43,241 nt of DNA from an uncultured Rhodothermales bacterium (lineage in GTDB: Bacteria > Bacteroidota > Rhodothermia > Rhodothermales > CAZKDQ01). The position numbers and the translations under genes were made by a program. Under the pieces are notes generated by a model that saw only the letters and a program-made list of their open reading frames with translations, was not told the origin of the DNA and did no database searches. The stretch covers positions 12,036-55,276 of the forward strand of contig CAZKDQ010000004.1 in the NCBI GenBank assembly GCA_964551345.1. Direction: 5' to 3'. Below, piece after piece: positions 8,837 through 17,160 of this stretch. Numbering within the stretch: the first letter of the stretch is position 1; each line of letters begins with the position of its first letter.

Positions 8837-9397
8837 ATGATTCTTCCCATCCGCATCTTTGGTGATGCAATCCTCCGCGAGCGCGCTGAGGATGTCACGT
8901 CCGATTCGGCTGAGCTGCAGACGCTCATCGACGATATGATCGAGACCATGCGTCACGCGCCGGGAATTGGGCTGGCGGCAACGCAGGTAGGCCGCAAGGA
9001 GCGCATCTTCGTGGTGGATCTTTCCGTGCGCGAGGGTGAATCGGAAGAGGAGCTGCCACCCCAGCCGATGGTCTTCATCAACCCGGAGATCGTTGAGGAA
9101 GGCGCGGAGGAAGTCGAGTTTGATGAAGGATGCCTGTCGATTCCCGATATTACGGAGCCTGTCTTCAGGCCGGATTCAGTGCGCATCAGGTACCTCGATC
9201 GCGACTTTGTAGAGCATGAGGAAGAGGTCAGCGGATCGCTTGCGCGTGTGATCCAGCATGAGTACGATCACCTGGAAGGCATTCTGTTCATCGACCGAAT
9301 CAGCCCGTTGCGACGTAGGCTGCTCAAGCGTCGGCTGAAAGAGATGACGCGCGGGCGGGTCGAAGCAGAGTACCCGGTTTCCTGGGGAGCGAATTAG
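8837..9397 (+). CDS. def: Peptide deformylase
   Basis: 186 aa with the three PDF motifs GIGLAATQVG, EGCLSIP and QHEYDHLEG. Confidence 0.95.
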   Translation: MILPIRIFGDAILRERAEDVTSDSAELQTLIDDMIETMRHAPGIGLAATQVGRKERIFVVDLSVREGESEEELPPQPMVFINPEIVEEGAEEVEFDEGCLSIPDITEPVFRPDSVRIRYLDRDFVEHEEEVSGSLARVIQHEYDHLEGILFIDRISPLRRRLLKRRLKEMTRGRVEAEYPVSWGAN

Positions 9398-9433
9398 TTC
9401 TTGTTGTAGTAGTTGGGCGGAGACGTGAAGGTG

Positions 9434-10588
9434 ATGTGGCGAGGAGGAATAGTAGTAGCGATAGTGTCGTTAATCATGATGGCGGCAGCCGTTGGCGTGA
9501 ATCATCAGGTTCAGTCACAGGCCGTTTATATTCCTGACGTCGTCGTCGTCGAAGAAGCGCCGCATGATCCTCAGACCCCGGACGCAGATGGGCTGAGGCT
9601 GATACTGCCAACATCCAACACCGCACTTCTACTGGATGATGGGCCGTCCTTCTATCAGTACACGGACCGGACTTTTGAGGGTCGCCGTTCGCGTCCGTGG
9701 CAGGGCGGCAAGTACGGGTTTGTGCGCAATCCGCATCGATCCGCCGGCGAACTGATCTACACGCGCTTCCACGAAGGCGTAGACATCCAGCCGCTTTACC
9801 GCGACCGACAGGGAGAGCCACTCGACACCGTGCGCACGATCGATGATGGAACGGTCGTCTATGTCAATCCGATCGCGGGTGCTTCGAGTTACGGCAAGTA
9901 TGTGGTGGTTGAGCACTGGTGGAGCGACGCGCCGTTCTACAGCCTCTACGCGCACCTTGGAGACGTCAATGTGAGGGAGGGTCAGCACGTGTCGCAAGGC
10001 GACCGCCTCGGCCGTGTAGGTTACACCGGACGCGGGATAAACAAGCGACGTGCCCATTTGCACTTCGAGATCAATATGCTCTTGAACAGCGAGTACGACC
10101 GCTGGCACGCGGAAACGTACCGCTCGAACAACCGGCATGGAATCTACAACGGTATCAATCTCGCAGGTCTCGACGTTGCGGATCTATATCGGCGGCTGAG
10201 CCTCGATCCTGATCTGACGATAGAGCAGTTTGTTAAAGCCAAGCCTGCGTTCTACGGCGTGATCATCCCGAACCAAGCGATTCCCGATTTGCTGCTGCGC
10301 TATCCGTGGTTGTTGGAAGATCAGAGTCCAGCTCTGGATGATCCGCCCGCGTGGGAGCTTCAGTTCACGGCGTCCGGTTTCCCCGTAGGCATTCGGCGCG
10401 TTTACCGGAGCGTTGATTCTCCCACAGTCTCGATGATAGTGGACGTTCCGCACCCGTACGAGCGGATGACGATCGGCCGCATCAGCGGGCAGGGCGGAAC
10501 GGCAAGTCTTTCGACGAGCGGTCTGCGGTACATTTCGATGCTTACTCCACACGAGACAGGCAGCCGGGCTACTTTTTCTGGAAGGTGA
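9434..10588 (+). CDS. M23-family (LytM-like) metallopeptidase, membrane-anchored or secreted
   Basis: M23 zinc motifs HEGVDIQP and AHLHFEI, plus YSLYAHLGDVNVREGQHVSQGDRLGRVGYTG. N-terminal hydrophobic anchor IVVAIVSLIMMAAAV. ATG 9434 is preferred over the TTG at 9413, but the start is uncertain. Confidence 0.85.
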   Translation: MWRGGIVVAIVSLIMMAAAVGVNHQVQSQAVYIPDVVVVEEAPHDPQTPDADGLRLILPTSNTALLLDDGPSFYQYTDRTFEGRRSRPWQGGKYGFVRNPHRSAGELIYTRFHEGVDIQPLYRDRQGEPLDTVRTIDDGTVVYVNPIAGASSYGKYVVVEHWWSDAPFYSLYAHLGDVNVREGQHVSQGDRLGRVGYTGRGINKRRAHLHFEINMLLNSEYDRWHAETYRSNNRHGIYNGINLAGLDVADLYRRLSLDPDLTIEQFVKAKPAFYGVIIPNQAIPDLLLRYPWLLEDQSPALDDPPAWELQFTASGFPVGIRRVYRSVDSPTVSMIVDVPHPYERMTIGRISGQGGTASLSTSGLRYISMLTPHETGSRATFSGR

Positions 10589-10661
10589 TTGGGCAGGGAA
10601 CCGCTGCTCCGGAGCGGTATACACCTTTCGTGTGTATGTAAGTGTGTATCGAGTTTTTACA

Positions 10662-11132
10662 ATGCCCCGAGCCTTCCAACGACGCCGTGCGTCGGCCAAC
10701 GATGTCGCCAGATCGTCCGGCCTCGATCGCCTTGGCCTGAGCCTATCAAGCATCTGCGTCGTCCATTGTCTTGCTTTGCCCGTGGGGCTGGCGTTTTTGC
10801 CGCTCTGGCCCGTCGCGGCGCAGGCGCATCAGTGGCTGCACATCACATTCGCCATTGTCATTGCACCGACGACGCTGACCGCGATGTGGTACGGATATCG
10901 GCGTCACGGGTCGTTCGGAACACTCTCCCTTCTGGGAACGGGACTTCTGATCGTGCTGACGGCGCTGCTGGTGGGCCATGGGGCGCCGGGTAGCGAAGTG
11001 GCCGAAACCGTGGTCACGCTTTCAGGCAGCTCGCTCCTGATTCTCGGCCACTGGCGCAACTGGAGCTCGACGGGAAGCTGTGGTCTGCACGGCATCTCAG
11101 AATCTGAATCTGAAAGATCATGCAGCGATTGA
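10662..11132 (+). CDS. MerC-domain-like small polytopic membrane protein
   Basis: About 156 aa from ATG 10662 with four hydrophobic segments. The first carries LSSICVVHCLALP, a Cys-x3-Cys with His as seen in MerC-domain proteins. The C-terminal tail has further Cys/His (HWRNWSSTGSCGLHG...SCSD). The family call rests on motif resemblance only. Confidence 0.6.
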   Translation: MPRAFQRRRASANDVARSSGLDRLGLSLSSICVVHCLALPVGLAFLPLWPVAAQAHQWLHITFAIVIAPTTLTAMWYGYRRHGSFGTLSLLGTGLLIVLTALLVGHGAPGSEVAETVVTLSGSSLLILGHWRNWSSTGSCGLHGISESESERSCSD

Positions 11133-11455
11133 ATTTCACGCTCGACGACTCAACGGTGTCGCTCCTTGAGCGCCTGTCGGGGAGCTATTACGGCGGCAAT
11201 AAATCGCGGACGGTCCGTGCGGCCTTGGAGAGTCTTGCGGCTCACATCGGGCATGACGGCTGGGTGATCACTGGTTACGTTCCGTCGCAGCTCTTCGATG
11301 CCATGTCCTGCCATACGTGTGGCGAGGAGCACCGGCAGGGGGAAGTACTTTATCGGCCCGTTTTCGAACGAGGCCAGAGCCCGGGCGCGCTCTCTGCGAT
11401 CCCAACGGAGGAATGGCTCGATTGCCCTCAGTGCGTCGAGCGGCACCTGGCGTAA
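11120..11455 (+). CDS. Ribbon-helix-helix (CopG/Arc-like) protein fused to a four-Cys zinc-ribbon-like domain
   Basis: 111 aa. The N-terminus RLNFTLDDSTVSLLERLS...NKSRTVRAALESLAAH fits a strand-helix-helix pattern. The C-terminal half has CHTC (x38) CPQC. It overlaps the upstream MerC-like gene by 13 nt. Confidence 0.6.
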   Translation: MQRLNFTLDDSTVSLLERLSGSYYGGNKSRTVRAALESLAAHIGHDGWVITGYVPSQLFDAMSCHTCGEEHRQGEVLYRPVFERGQSPGALSAIPTEEWLDCPQCVERHLA

Positions 11456-11467
11456 TCAGTCCCTGGG

Positions 11468-12445
11468 CTACCCGAGTTCGTCCGCAAGATAGGCGGCGGT
11501 TTCTTTGAACGGTCTGAACGTGCACTTCAACTCGTCCACCGCGCGTTGATTCGAGTATCGGTATGTGCGGTTGGCCGTTCGAACTGTTTCTCTTGTGATG
11601 AGCGCTTGCGTGCGTGTGATGGCCGCCATGGCCTCCATCACGAGTGCGACAACCATTGCAGGTCGAGGCGGAATGCGGAGCGAAGGAGGCTTCACGCCGA
11701 GCGCCTCAGCGAGAGTCTCGAGGATATCACGCCATGACAGGTTCTCACTGCCGAGGAAGTACCGCTCGCCGGTTCGGCCATTGAGCATTGCCAGCCGATG
11801 GCCACGCGCAACGTCGCGCACGTCGACCACATTTGTGCCGCCCGCGGGAATCCCCGGAAAACGGCCGCGCCGCACTTTCTCGACGATCTCGCGCGTGTTC
11901 TCGCCCGGCTTCCCGATGCCGAAGATGAGCGCCGGATTTACGATCACTGCGTCCAGGCCCTCGGCGACGGCCCGCTGAACTTCCAACTCGCCCTCATACT
12001 TTGACTGAGCGTAATGCGAGTTCTGATTTGACGGCGTCCAGGGCGTTGCTTCATCAATCATGCCCTGCGGCCGTTCGGGCCGGCCGAAGGCAGCCATGCT
12101 CGAAGTATGGACGAGGCGAGAGACACCCGCTCTCAGTGCTGTGTTGACAACGTGTGCCGTGCCTTCGACATTGATGGCATGCAGTAATGCGCGATCTCCT
12201 TTACCGGCGAAGCCGAGATATCCGGCCGTGTGGTAGACGTGATCGACGCCTTCCATCGCACGTGCGACGGCGTCATAATCCCGCACGTCCCCGATTCTAT
12301 GCTCAACATGATCGGCCGCTTCACTGAGCAGCTCGAGTGAAGACGTCTCGCGGCGGAGTATGCGCACGTCGGCATCTTCAGCGAGTAGCTGGCGGGTAAG
12401 TTCTGCGCCCACCATGCCGGTGGCTCCGGTTACGAGTACCTTCAC
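11468..12445 (-). CDS. NAD-dependent epimerase/dehydratase family protein (SDR; HpnA/dihydroflavonol-reductase-like)
   Basis: 325 aa with the Rossmann motif MKVLVTGATGMVGAEL and the extended-SDR catalytic YAQSK motif. Confidence 0.85.
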   Translation of the reverse strand: MKVLVTGATGMVGAELTRQLLAEDADVRILRRETSSLELLSEAADHVEHRIGDVRDYDAVARAMEGVDHVYHTAGYLGFAGKGDRALLHAINVEGTAHVVNTALRAGVSRLVHTSSMAAFGRPERPQGMIDEATPWTPSNQNSHYAQSKYEGELEVQRAVAEGLDAVIVNPALIFGIGKPGENTREIVEKVRRGRFPGIPAGGTNVVDVRDVARGHRLAMLNGRTGERYFLGSENLSWRDILETLAEALGVKPPSLRIPPRPAMVVALVMEAMAAITRTQALITRETVRTANRTYRYSNQRAVDELKCTFRPFKETAAYLADELG

Positions 12446-12459
12446 GGCGTCACGTCTGG

Positions 12460-12984
12460 TTAGACTTCGAATTCAACGAGCAGGGCATTCTTCGAAACGG
12501 CATCCCCCGTGGCCACGTGGATCTTCTTGATCCGGCCATCGGCTTCAGCTTTAAGTTCGTTCTCCATCTTCATCGCCTCCAGCACAACCAGCCCATCACC
12601 CGATTCGACCTCCTCTCCATCCCCGACCAGAACGCGTACGACAAGGCCTGGCATGGGCGAACGGATCTCGCGAACACCCTGAGCCGATTCCTTCGCCATC
12701 CCGAATCGCTCGAGCAGCATCGCCTTCTCGTCCTGAACGCGAACCTCGATCCTGCGGCCGTCGATCAGCAATTGCAGATCTCCCGACTCATCAGAATCAA
12801 CGATCACGGAGTGGCTTCTTCCGTCAAGAATCAAACTGAAATGCCCCTCTCGGACTTTCAGGAACGAAGCCTCACGCTCCACGCCATCAACCAGAAGACG
12901 GTCGTCATCAATGATGATCTCGCGCGGTTCATCACCAACGTGGACGCGGAACCGCCGCGCATTGCCGCTATTCGACTCAGCCAT
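12460..12984 (-). CDS. Biotin/lipoyl-attachment domain protein (biotin carboxyl carrier-like)
   Basis: 174 aa. The C-terminal ~70 aa (IRSPMPGLVVRVLV..GDGLVVLEAMKMENELKA...G) contains the EAMKM biotinylation motif. The N-terminal ~95 aa is not recognised. Confidence 0.85.
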   Translation of the reverse strand: MAESNSGNARRFRVHVGDEPREIIIDDDRLLVDGVEREASFLKVREGHFSLILDGRSHSVIVDSDESGDLQLLIDGRRIEVRVQDEKAMLLERFGMAKESAQGVREIRSPMPGLVVRVLVGDGEEVESGDGLVVLEAMKMENELKAEADGRIKKIHVATGDAVSKNALLVEFEV

Positions 12985-13030
12985 ACACCGTAGAAATGTT
13001 CGCAGCCAAGATACTCACCCACGTCTTCCT

Positions 13031-13615
13031 ATGCGCCCTGATGAGTTGACAGCGGATCTGGTGCTGTCTGCCTACAGCCAGGGCGTTTTTCCAATGGCGC
13101 ATCCGGAGGAGGACGATGCTATTTACTGGTATGCGCCGGACCCGCGTGCGATACTTCCGCTGGACGACTTCCGCATGCCGAAGAACCTGCGGAAATTGAT
13201 CCTGCGCGGCGAGTTCGTCGCCACTGCCAATCACGCGTTTGAGCGCGTCATTCAAGCCTGTGCTGATCGGGATCAGACATGGATATCGCCCGAAATCATA
13301 TCAGTCTACTGCGAGCTGCACAGCGCGGGTTACGCACACAGCGTAGAGGTCTGGTTTGACGAAGAGCTGGTCGGTGGCTTGTATGGCGTAGCACTCGGGG
13401 GAGCATTTTTTGGTGAATCGATGTTCCATCGGAAGTCCGACGCCAGCAAGATCGCTCTGGCTGCGCTTGTCAGCCAGCTGCGCCGTCGTCGCTTCACGTT
13501 GCTCGACACGCAGTTCTCGACACCACATCTCGCCAGATTCGGCGTCATCGAGATCCCGCGCGCCTGCTACGAACGCAAGCTCGCGGACGCGCTGGCGGAA
13601 GACGTTAGCTGGTAA
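13031..13615 (+). CDS. aat: Leucyl/phenylalanyl-tRNA--protein transferase
   Basis: Start at ATG 13031. AYSQGVFPM, YWYAPDPRAILPLD.F, TWISPEI..YCELH..GYAHSVEVW, LVGGLYGVALGGAFFGESMF and LLDTQF.T.HL are all characteristic of the family. Confidence 0.92.
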   Translation: MRPDELTADLVLSAYSQGVFPMAHPEEDDAIYWYAPDPRAILPLDDFRMPKNLRKLILRGEFVATANHAFERVIQACADRDQTWISPEIISVYCELHSAGYAHSVEVWFDEELVGGLYGVALGGAFFGESMFHRKSDASKIALAALVSQLRRRRFTLLDTQFSTPHLARFGVIEIPRACYERKLADALAEDVSW

Positions 13616-13625
13616 ACTGCCTTAG

Positions 13626-14564
13626 ATGACCACTCATCCCATGCAACCAATCACGAAGATGCACATCCTCCTTACCCTTTTCCTGATATGCGCGGGATGT
13701 GCTCCCGATGACGCGGCCACCACGTCCGACCGCGACACCGTCCAGACGGTCGCGCAAACGGTGGATTATGATTACCTGATGGATGACGCCAGCAAGCGGG
13801 TTTTCGCTGACGTCATGACGACGGCGCGGCAGGAGGAGCTGCACGAGCGCCCGATCGGTGAGGTCATGCAGGAACTCGGACTCGAACTTCGCGGCAAACC
13901 TTACGTTGCCGGAATACTGGACGAACCAGGTGGCGAGTCGCTGATCTGCCGCCTCGACGGGTTTGATTGCGTAACCTTCGTTGAGACGGTTCTGGCAATG
14001 GCGCGCGCCGTGAAAGCTCAGGATTATTCGGAGGAGGCGTTTCGTGCGAATTTGCTCGAGACGCGCTATCGTGGTGGTGAGATGGATGGCTATTGCAGCC
14101 GCATCCACTACTTCACCGAGTGGGTTGTCGAGAACGAATCGCGCGGGATCGTTGAGGACGTTACCGAGGAAGCCGGCGGACGCCCGCTCGACAAGCGCTT
14201 CAACTTCATGACCCAGAATCGCGACAGTTATCCTCGCCTGGTCGACAACGACGAACTCTTCGAGTGCATCCGGGAGATGGAGGAGGAGCTTGCGACGCAT
14301 ACATTTCATTACATCCCGCAGAACGAAATCCGCTCTGCCTATCCTGATCTCGCTGCGGGAGACATCCTCGCTCTGGTTACCAACATCGAAGGTCTGGATG
14401 TCACCCACACCGGTCTTGTTTTCGAGAACGAAGATGGTTCCATCGGGATGCTGCATGCCTCGACATCAGGCGGAGTCCTCGTTTCGCCCGATCTTCAAAA
14501 CTACGTGACGAACAACCGTCGTCAGATCGGCATACTCGTAGCCCGCCCGGTCGCCGGTAGCTGA
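13626..14564 (+). CDS. DUF1460-family (N-acetylmuramoyl-L-alanine amidase-like) probable lipoprotein
   Basis: 312 aa. Signal/lipobox-like LTLFLICAGCAPDD. GKPYVAGILDE...LDGFDCVTFVETVLAMARA is the DUF1460 core as I remember it. Confidence 0.7.
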   Translation: MTTHPMQPITKMHILLTLFLICAGCAPDDAATTSDRDTVQTVAQTVDYDYLMDDASKRVFADVMTTARQEELHERPIGEVMQELGLELRGKPYVAGILDEPGGESLICRLDGFDCVTFVETVLAMARAVKAQDYSEEAFRANLLETRYRGGEMDGYCSRIHYFTEWVVENESRGIVEDVTEEAGGRPLDKRFNFMTQNRDSYPRLVDNDELFECIREMEEELATHTFHYIPQNEIRSAYPDLAAGDILALVTNIEGLDVTHTGLVFENEDGSIGMLHASTSGGVLVSPDLQNYVTNNRRQIGILVARPVAGS

Positions 14565-14590
14565 GCGGCCCCACCCTCAAGGCCATCCAG

Positions 14591-15574
14591 ATGAGCGGAA
14601 TTCGACGTGTGGGCGTCTTCACCAGCGGTGGTGATGCGCCCGGAATGAACGCATGTGTGCGCGCTGTAGTCAGAACGGCCGTCGCACATGACCTCGAAGT
14701 CATTGGCATCCGGCGTGGTTTTGCCGGGATGATCGATTATGACTTCGTGGATATGGACGGACGGTCCGTCTCGAACATCCTGCAAAAGGGCGGGACGGTG
14801 TTGAAGAGCGCGCGCTCGGATGAGTTTAAGACGCCCGAAGGACGCAACCTTGCCGCCGAGAACCTGAAGAAAATGGGTATCGACGGGCTCATCGGTATCG
14901 GAGGCGACGGCACGTTTCGAGGCGCGACGCTCTTTTATGATGAGCACGGGATTCCCGCCGTCGGCTGCCCCGGCACCATCGACAACGATCTTTTCGGAAC
15001 GGACGAAACGATCGGTTACGACACGGCGATGAACACCGCCATCGAAAACATCGACCGCATCCGTGATACAGCCGACGCTCACGACCGGGTGTTTCTGGTT
15101 GAGGTGATGGGTCGAGACGCGGGCTTCATCGCACTCAACTGCGGGATCGGTGGAGGAGCCGAGCTTGTGCTCATCCCCGAGACGCTGACGGAAATGGAGG
15201 ACATCAAGCGGCGCATCCATTCACTGATGTCCGCACAGTCGCGATCATCGATCGTCGTGGTTGCTGAAGGGGATGATCTTGGCGGTGCCAATGAGATCGA
15301 GCGGGCGCTGCGTGCTGATGAGGCGTTTGCGAAAATCGACCTGCGTGTCTGCATCCTCGGGCACACCCAGCGCGGTGGTTCGCCCACCGCCCGTGACCGC
15401 GTGCTGGCCAGTAGGCTCGGTGCCGCATCCGTCGAAGCTTTAATCGAAGGACATTCGAACGTGATGGTCGGCATCATCAACAATGAAGTCAGACTGACGC
15501 CGATGCGGAACGTTTGGAGCCGCAAGAAGAACATCAACTACGAGCTCCTGAAACTCACACAACTTCTCAGCTGA
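14591..15574 (+). CDS. pfkA: ATP-dependent 6-phosphofructokinase
   Basis: 327 aa: RRVGVFTSGGDAPGMNA, GIGGDGTFRGA, PGTIDNDL.GTD.TIGYDTA, VMGRDAGFIAL, LGHTQRGG. Confidence 0.95.
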   Translation: MSGIRRVGVFTSGGDAPGMNACVRAVVRTAVAHDLEVIGIRRGFAGMIDYDFVDMDGRSVSNILQKGGTVLKSARSDEFKTPEGRNLAAENLKKMGIDGLIGIGGDGTFRGATLFYDEHGIPAVGCPGTIDNDLFGTDETIGYDTAMNTAIENIDRIRDTADAHDRVFLVEVMGRDAGFIALNCGIGGGAELVLIPETLTEMEDIKRRIHSLMSAQSRSSIVVVAEGDDLGGANEIERALRADEAFAKIDLRVCILGHTQRGGSPTARDRVLASRLGAASVEALIEGHSNVMVGIINNEVRLTPMRNVWSRKKNINYELLKLTQLLS

Positions 15575-15585
15575 ACGAGGCGGGC

Positions 15586-16311
15586 ATGGCGAAGGACTAT
15601 CCACCGGTGGGCGAGGCCGAAGGCAAGAAGGAGGCCGTTGCGGCCATGTTTGACGCCATTGCGCCGCGTTACGACTTGCTCAACCGGGTGCTGAGCCTTG
15701 GCATCGATCAGAGCTGGCGCAAGAAAGCCGTCGCCATGCTGCAGGATCAGGAGCCGCGGCGCATTTTGGACGTGGCCACGGGAACGGCGGATCTGGCGAT
15801 CGAAGCGCTGAAGGTCAACCCGGAGAAGGTAATAGGGGTTGATATCTCGGAGGAGATGCTTCGCGTGGGCAGGCAGAAGGTGTTGGACCTGGGTGAGCAG
15901 GATCGGATTGAGCTACGCCGTGGAGATTCCGAGCGGCTGCCTTTTTCTGATCGACAATTCGACGCCGCGATTGTAGCCTTTGGTGTTCGCAACTTCGAGA
16001 ATCTGAATAAGGGGCTGGCGGAAATCCATCGCGTCCTAAAGCCCGGCGGCGCGCTCGTAGTTCTGGAGTTCAGCCATCCACGCACGTTCCCCATCAAGCA
16101 GGTTTACGGACTCTATTCGCGCGTCGTGCTTCCGCGGGTGGGGCGTGCGGTTTCTGGCAACGACGGTGCCTACAAGTATCTGCCGGATTCTGTCGCGGCG
16201 TTTCCCGACGGGGACGATTTTCTGAGCCGCATGCGCGAGGTCGGCTTCAAGGATCTCGAGTGTAGACCGCTCACGTTTGGAATCGCTTCGCTTTATCGAG
16301 GCGTTGCGTAG
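15586..16311 (+). CDS. ubiE: Demethylmenaquinone/ubiquinone C-methyltransferase (UbiE/MenG)
   Basis: Start at ATG 15586. VAAMFDAIAPRYDLLNRVLSLGIDQSWRKKA, the SAM motif ILDVATGTADLA, AFGVRNFENL and LKPGGALVVLEFS.P are all present. Confidence 0.92.
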   Translation: MAKDYPPVGEAEGKKEAVAAMFDAIAPRYDLLNRVLSLGIDQSWRKKAVAMLQDQEPRRILDVATGTADLAIEALKVNPEKVIGVDISEEMLRVGRQKVLDLGEQDRIELRRGDSERLPFSDRQFDAAIVAFGVRNFENLNKGLAEIHRVLKPGGALVVLEFSHPRTFPIKQVYGLYSRVVLPRVGRAVSGNDGAYKYLPDSVAAFPDGDDFLSRMREVGFKDLECRPLTFGIASLYRGVA

Positions 16312-16313
16312 GG

Positions 16314-16829
16314 TTACGCCGAGGCGTTAGAGCCGTTGTTGCTCGTGCCGGCTTCAACGTACTTGGTGAGCGCGACCTCATTGTAGTCTCCACGCCGCCG
16401 GTATTCGACGCGATCCATCAAACGACGCATGAGGTGGACGCCGAAGCCACCATCTCGACGCTGCTGCACGAGATCCAACAGGTCCGGACTCTGATATCTC
16501 TGCGGCTCGAATGCACGGCCCCTGTCACGAATCACGACAGTGAATCGGTCACGCGTGGTCGTGACGCAGATCGAAATCATGTACGATTCGTCGCCTCGGT
16601 ACGCGTGTTCGATGACGTTGGTACAAGCTTCATCGACGGCGAGCCGAAATTGATCGACCATCTCCTCTGAGAGCCCGACCTCTCTGGCGTAGCGCTCCAC
16701 GAACCGGCGCACTTCAGCCAGGTGCCGTGTGGAACTGGGGATTTCGAGTCTATGTGTTTGCTCTGCCACTGGTTCGCCGGTCTCAGGCCTGCTGGGCGTC
16801 GGAGAAGCGGGAAATGGCCTCCTCTTCAT
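16314..16829 (-). CDS. RsbW/SpoIIAB-type anti-sigma-factor-like serine kinase (HATPase_c)
   Basis: N-box DEACTNVIEHAY and G-boxes VIRDRGRAF and GGFGVHLMRRLMD. The start is uncertain: ATG 16862 or ATG 16829 overlap the upstream STAS gene, whereas GTG 16769 would leave a 13-nt gap. Confidence 0.85.
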   Translation of the reverse strand: MKRRPFPASPTPSRPETGEPVAEQTHRLEIPSSTRHLAEVRRFVERYAREVGLSEEMVDQFRLAVDEACTNVIEHAYRGDESYMISICVTTTRDRFTVVIRDRGRAFEPQRYQSPDLLDLVQQRRDGGFGVHLMRRLMDRVEYRRRGDYNEVALTKYVEAGTSNNGSNASA

Positions 16830-17142
16830 CCGGTACGATTTCAAAAAGAAGAGGAAAGCCAAGTAGATCGAACACGTTGAAGACCTTCGGCTGCAGTGCG
16901 GCGATCTTTATGTCACCATCGTTCTCGCGAACATCCTCGATGTATGCCATGAAGACGCCCAGTCCGGCACTGGAGATGTACTGCAGGTTCTCTCCGTTGA
17001 CGACGATGTTGTGCCGGCCTTCCTGTTTGCATTTCATAAACGCAGCCTCGAGTTCGGATGCGGTGTGTGCATCCAACTCACCATTTAGATCCAGTACTTG
17101 AACCGAATCTATGGTTCTGAAGCCGACAGAGAAGCTGCTCAT
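16783..17142 (-). CDS. STAS-domain anti-sigma-factor antagonist (RsbV/SpoIIAA-like)
   Basis: 119 aa: LDLNGELDAHTASELE, then LQYISSAGLGVF with the conserved phosphorylatable Ser, then FDLLGF. Confidence 0.9.
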   Translation of the reverse strand: MSSFSVGFRTIDSVQVLDLNGELDAHTASELEAAFMKCKQEGRHNIVVNGENLQYISSAGLGVFMAYIEDVRENDGDIKIAALQPKVFNVFDLLGFPLLFEIVPDEEEAISRFSDAQQA

Positions 17143-17160
17143 AAGTCTTGATTCGTAAAG

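Noticed and set aside
8557-8865. 102-aa TTG-initiated ORF filling the ruvX-def gap.
   Set aside because: It has Arg/Ser/Ala/Gln-rich low-complexity sequence, a non-ATG start without a ribosome-binding site, and it runs into the def coding region.
13605-15220. Minus-strand ORFs 13605-14456 (283 aa) and 14522-15220 (232 aa), antisense to the DUF1460 gene and pfkA.
   Set aside because: They are shadow ORFs of clearly identifiable plus-strand genes, with no motifs.
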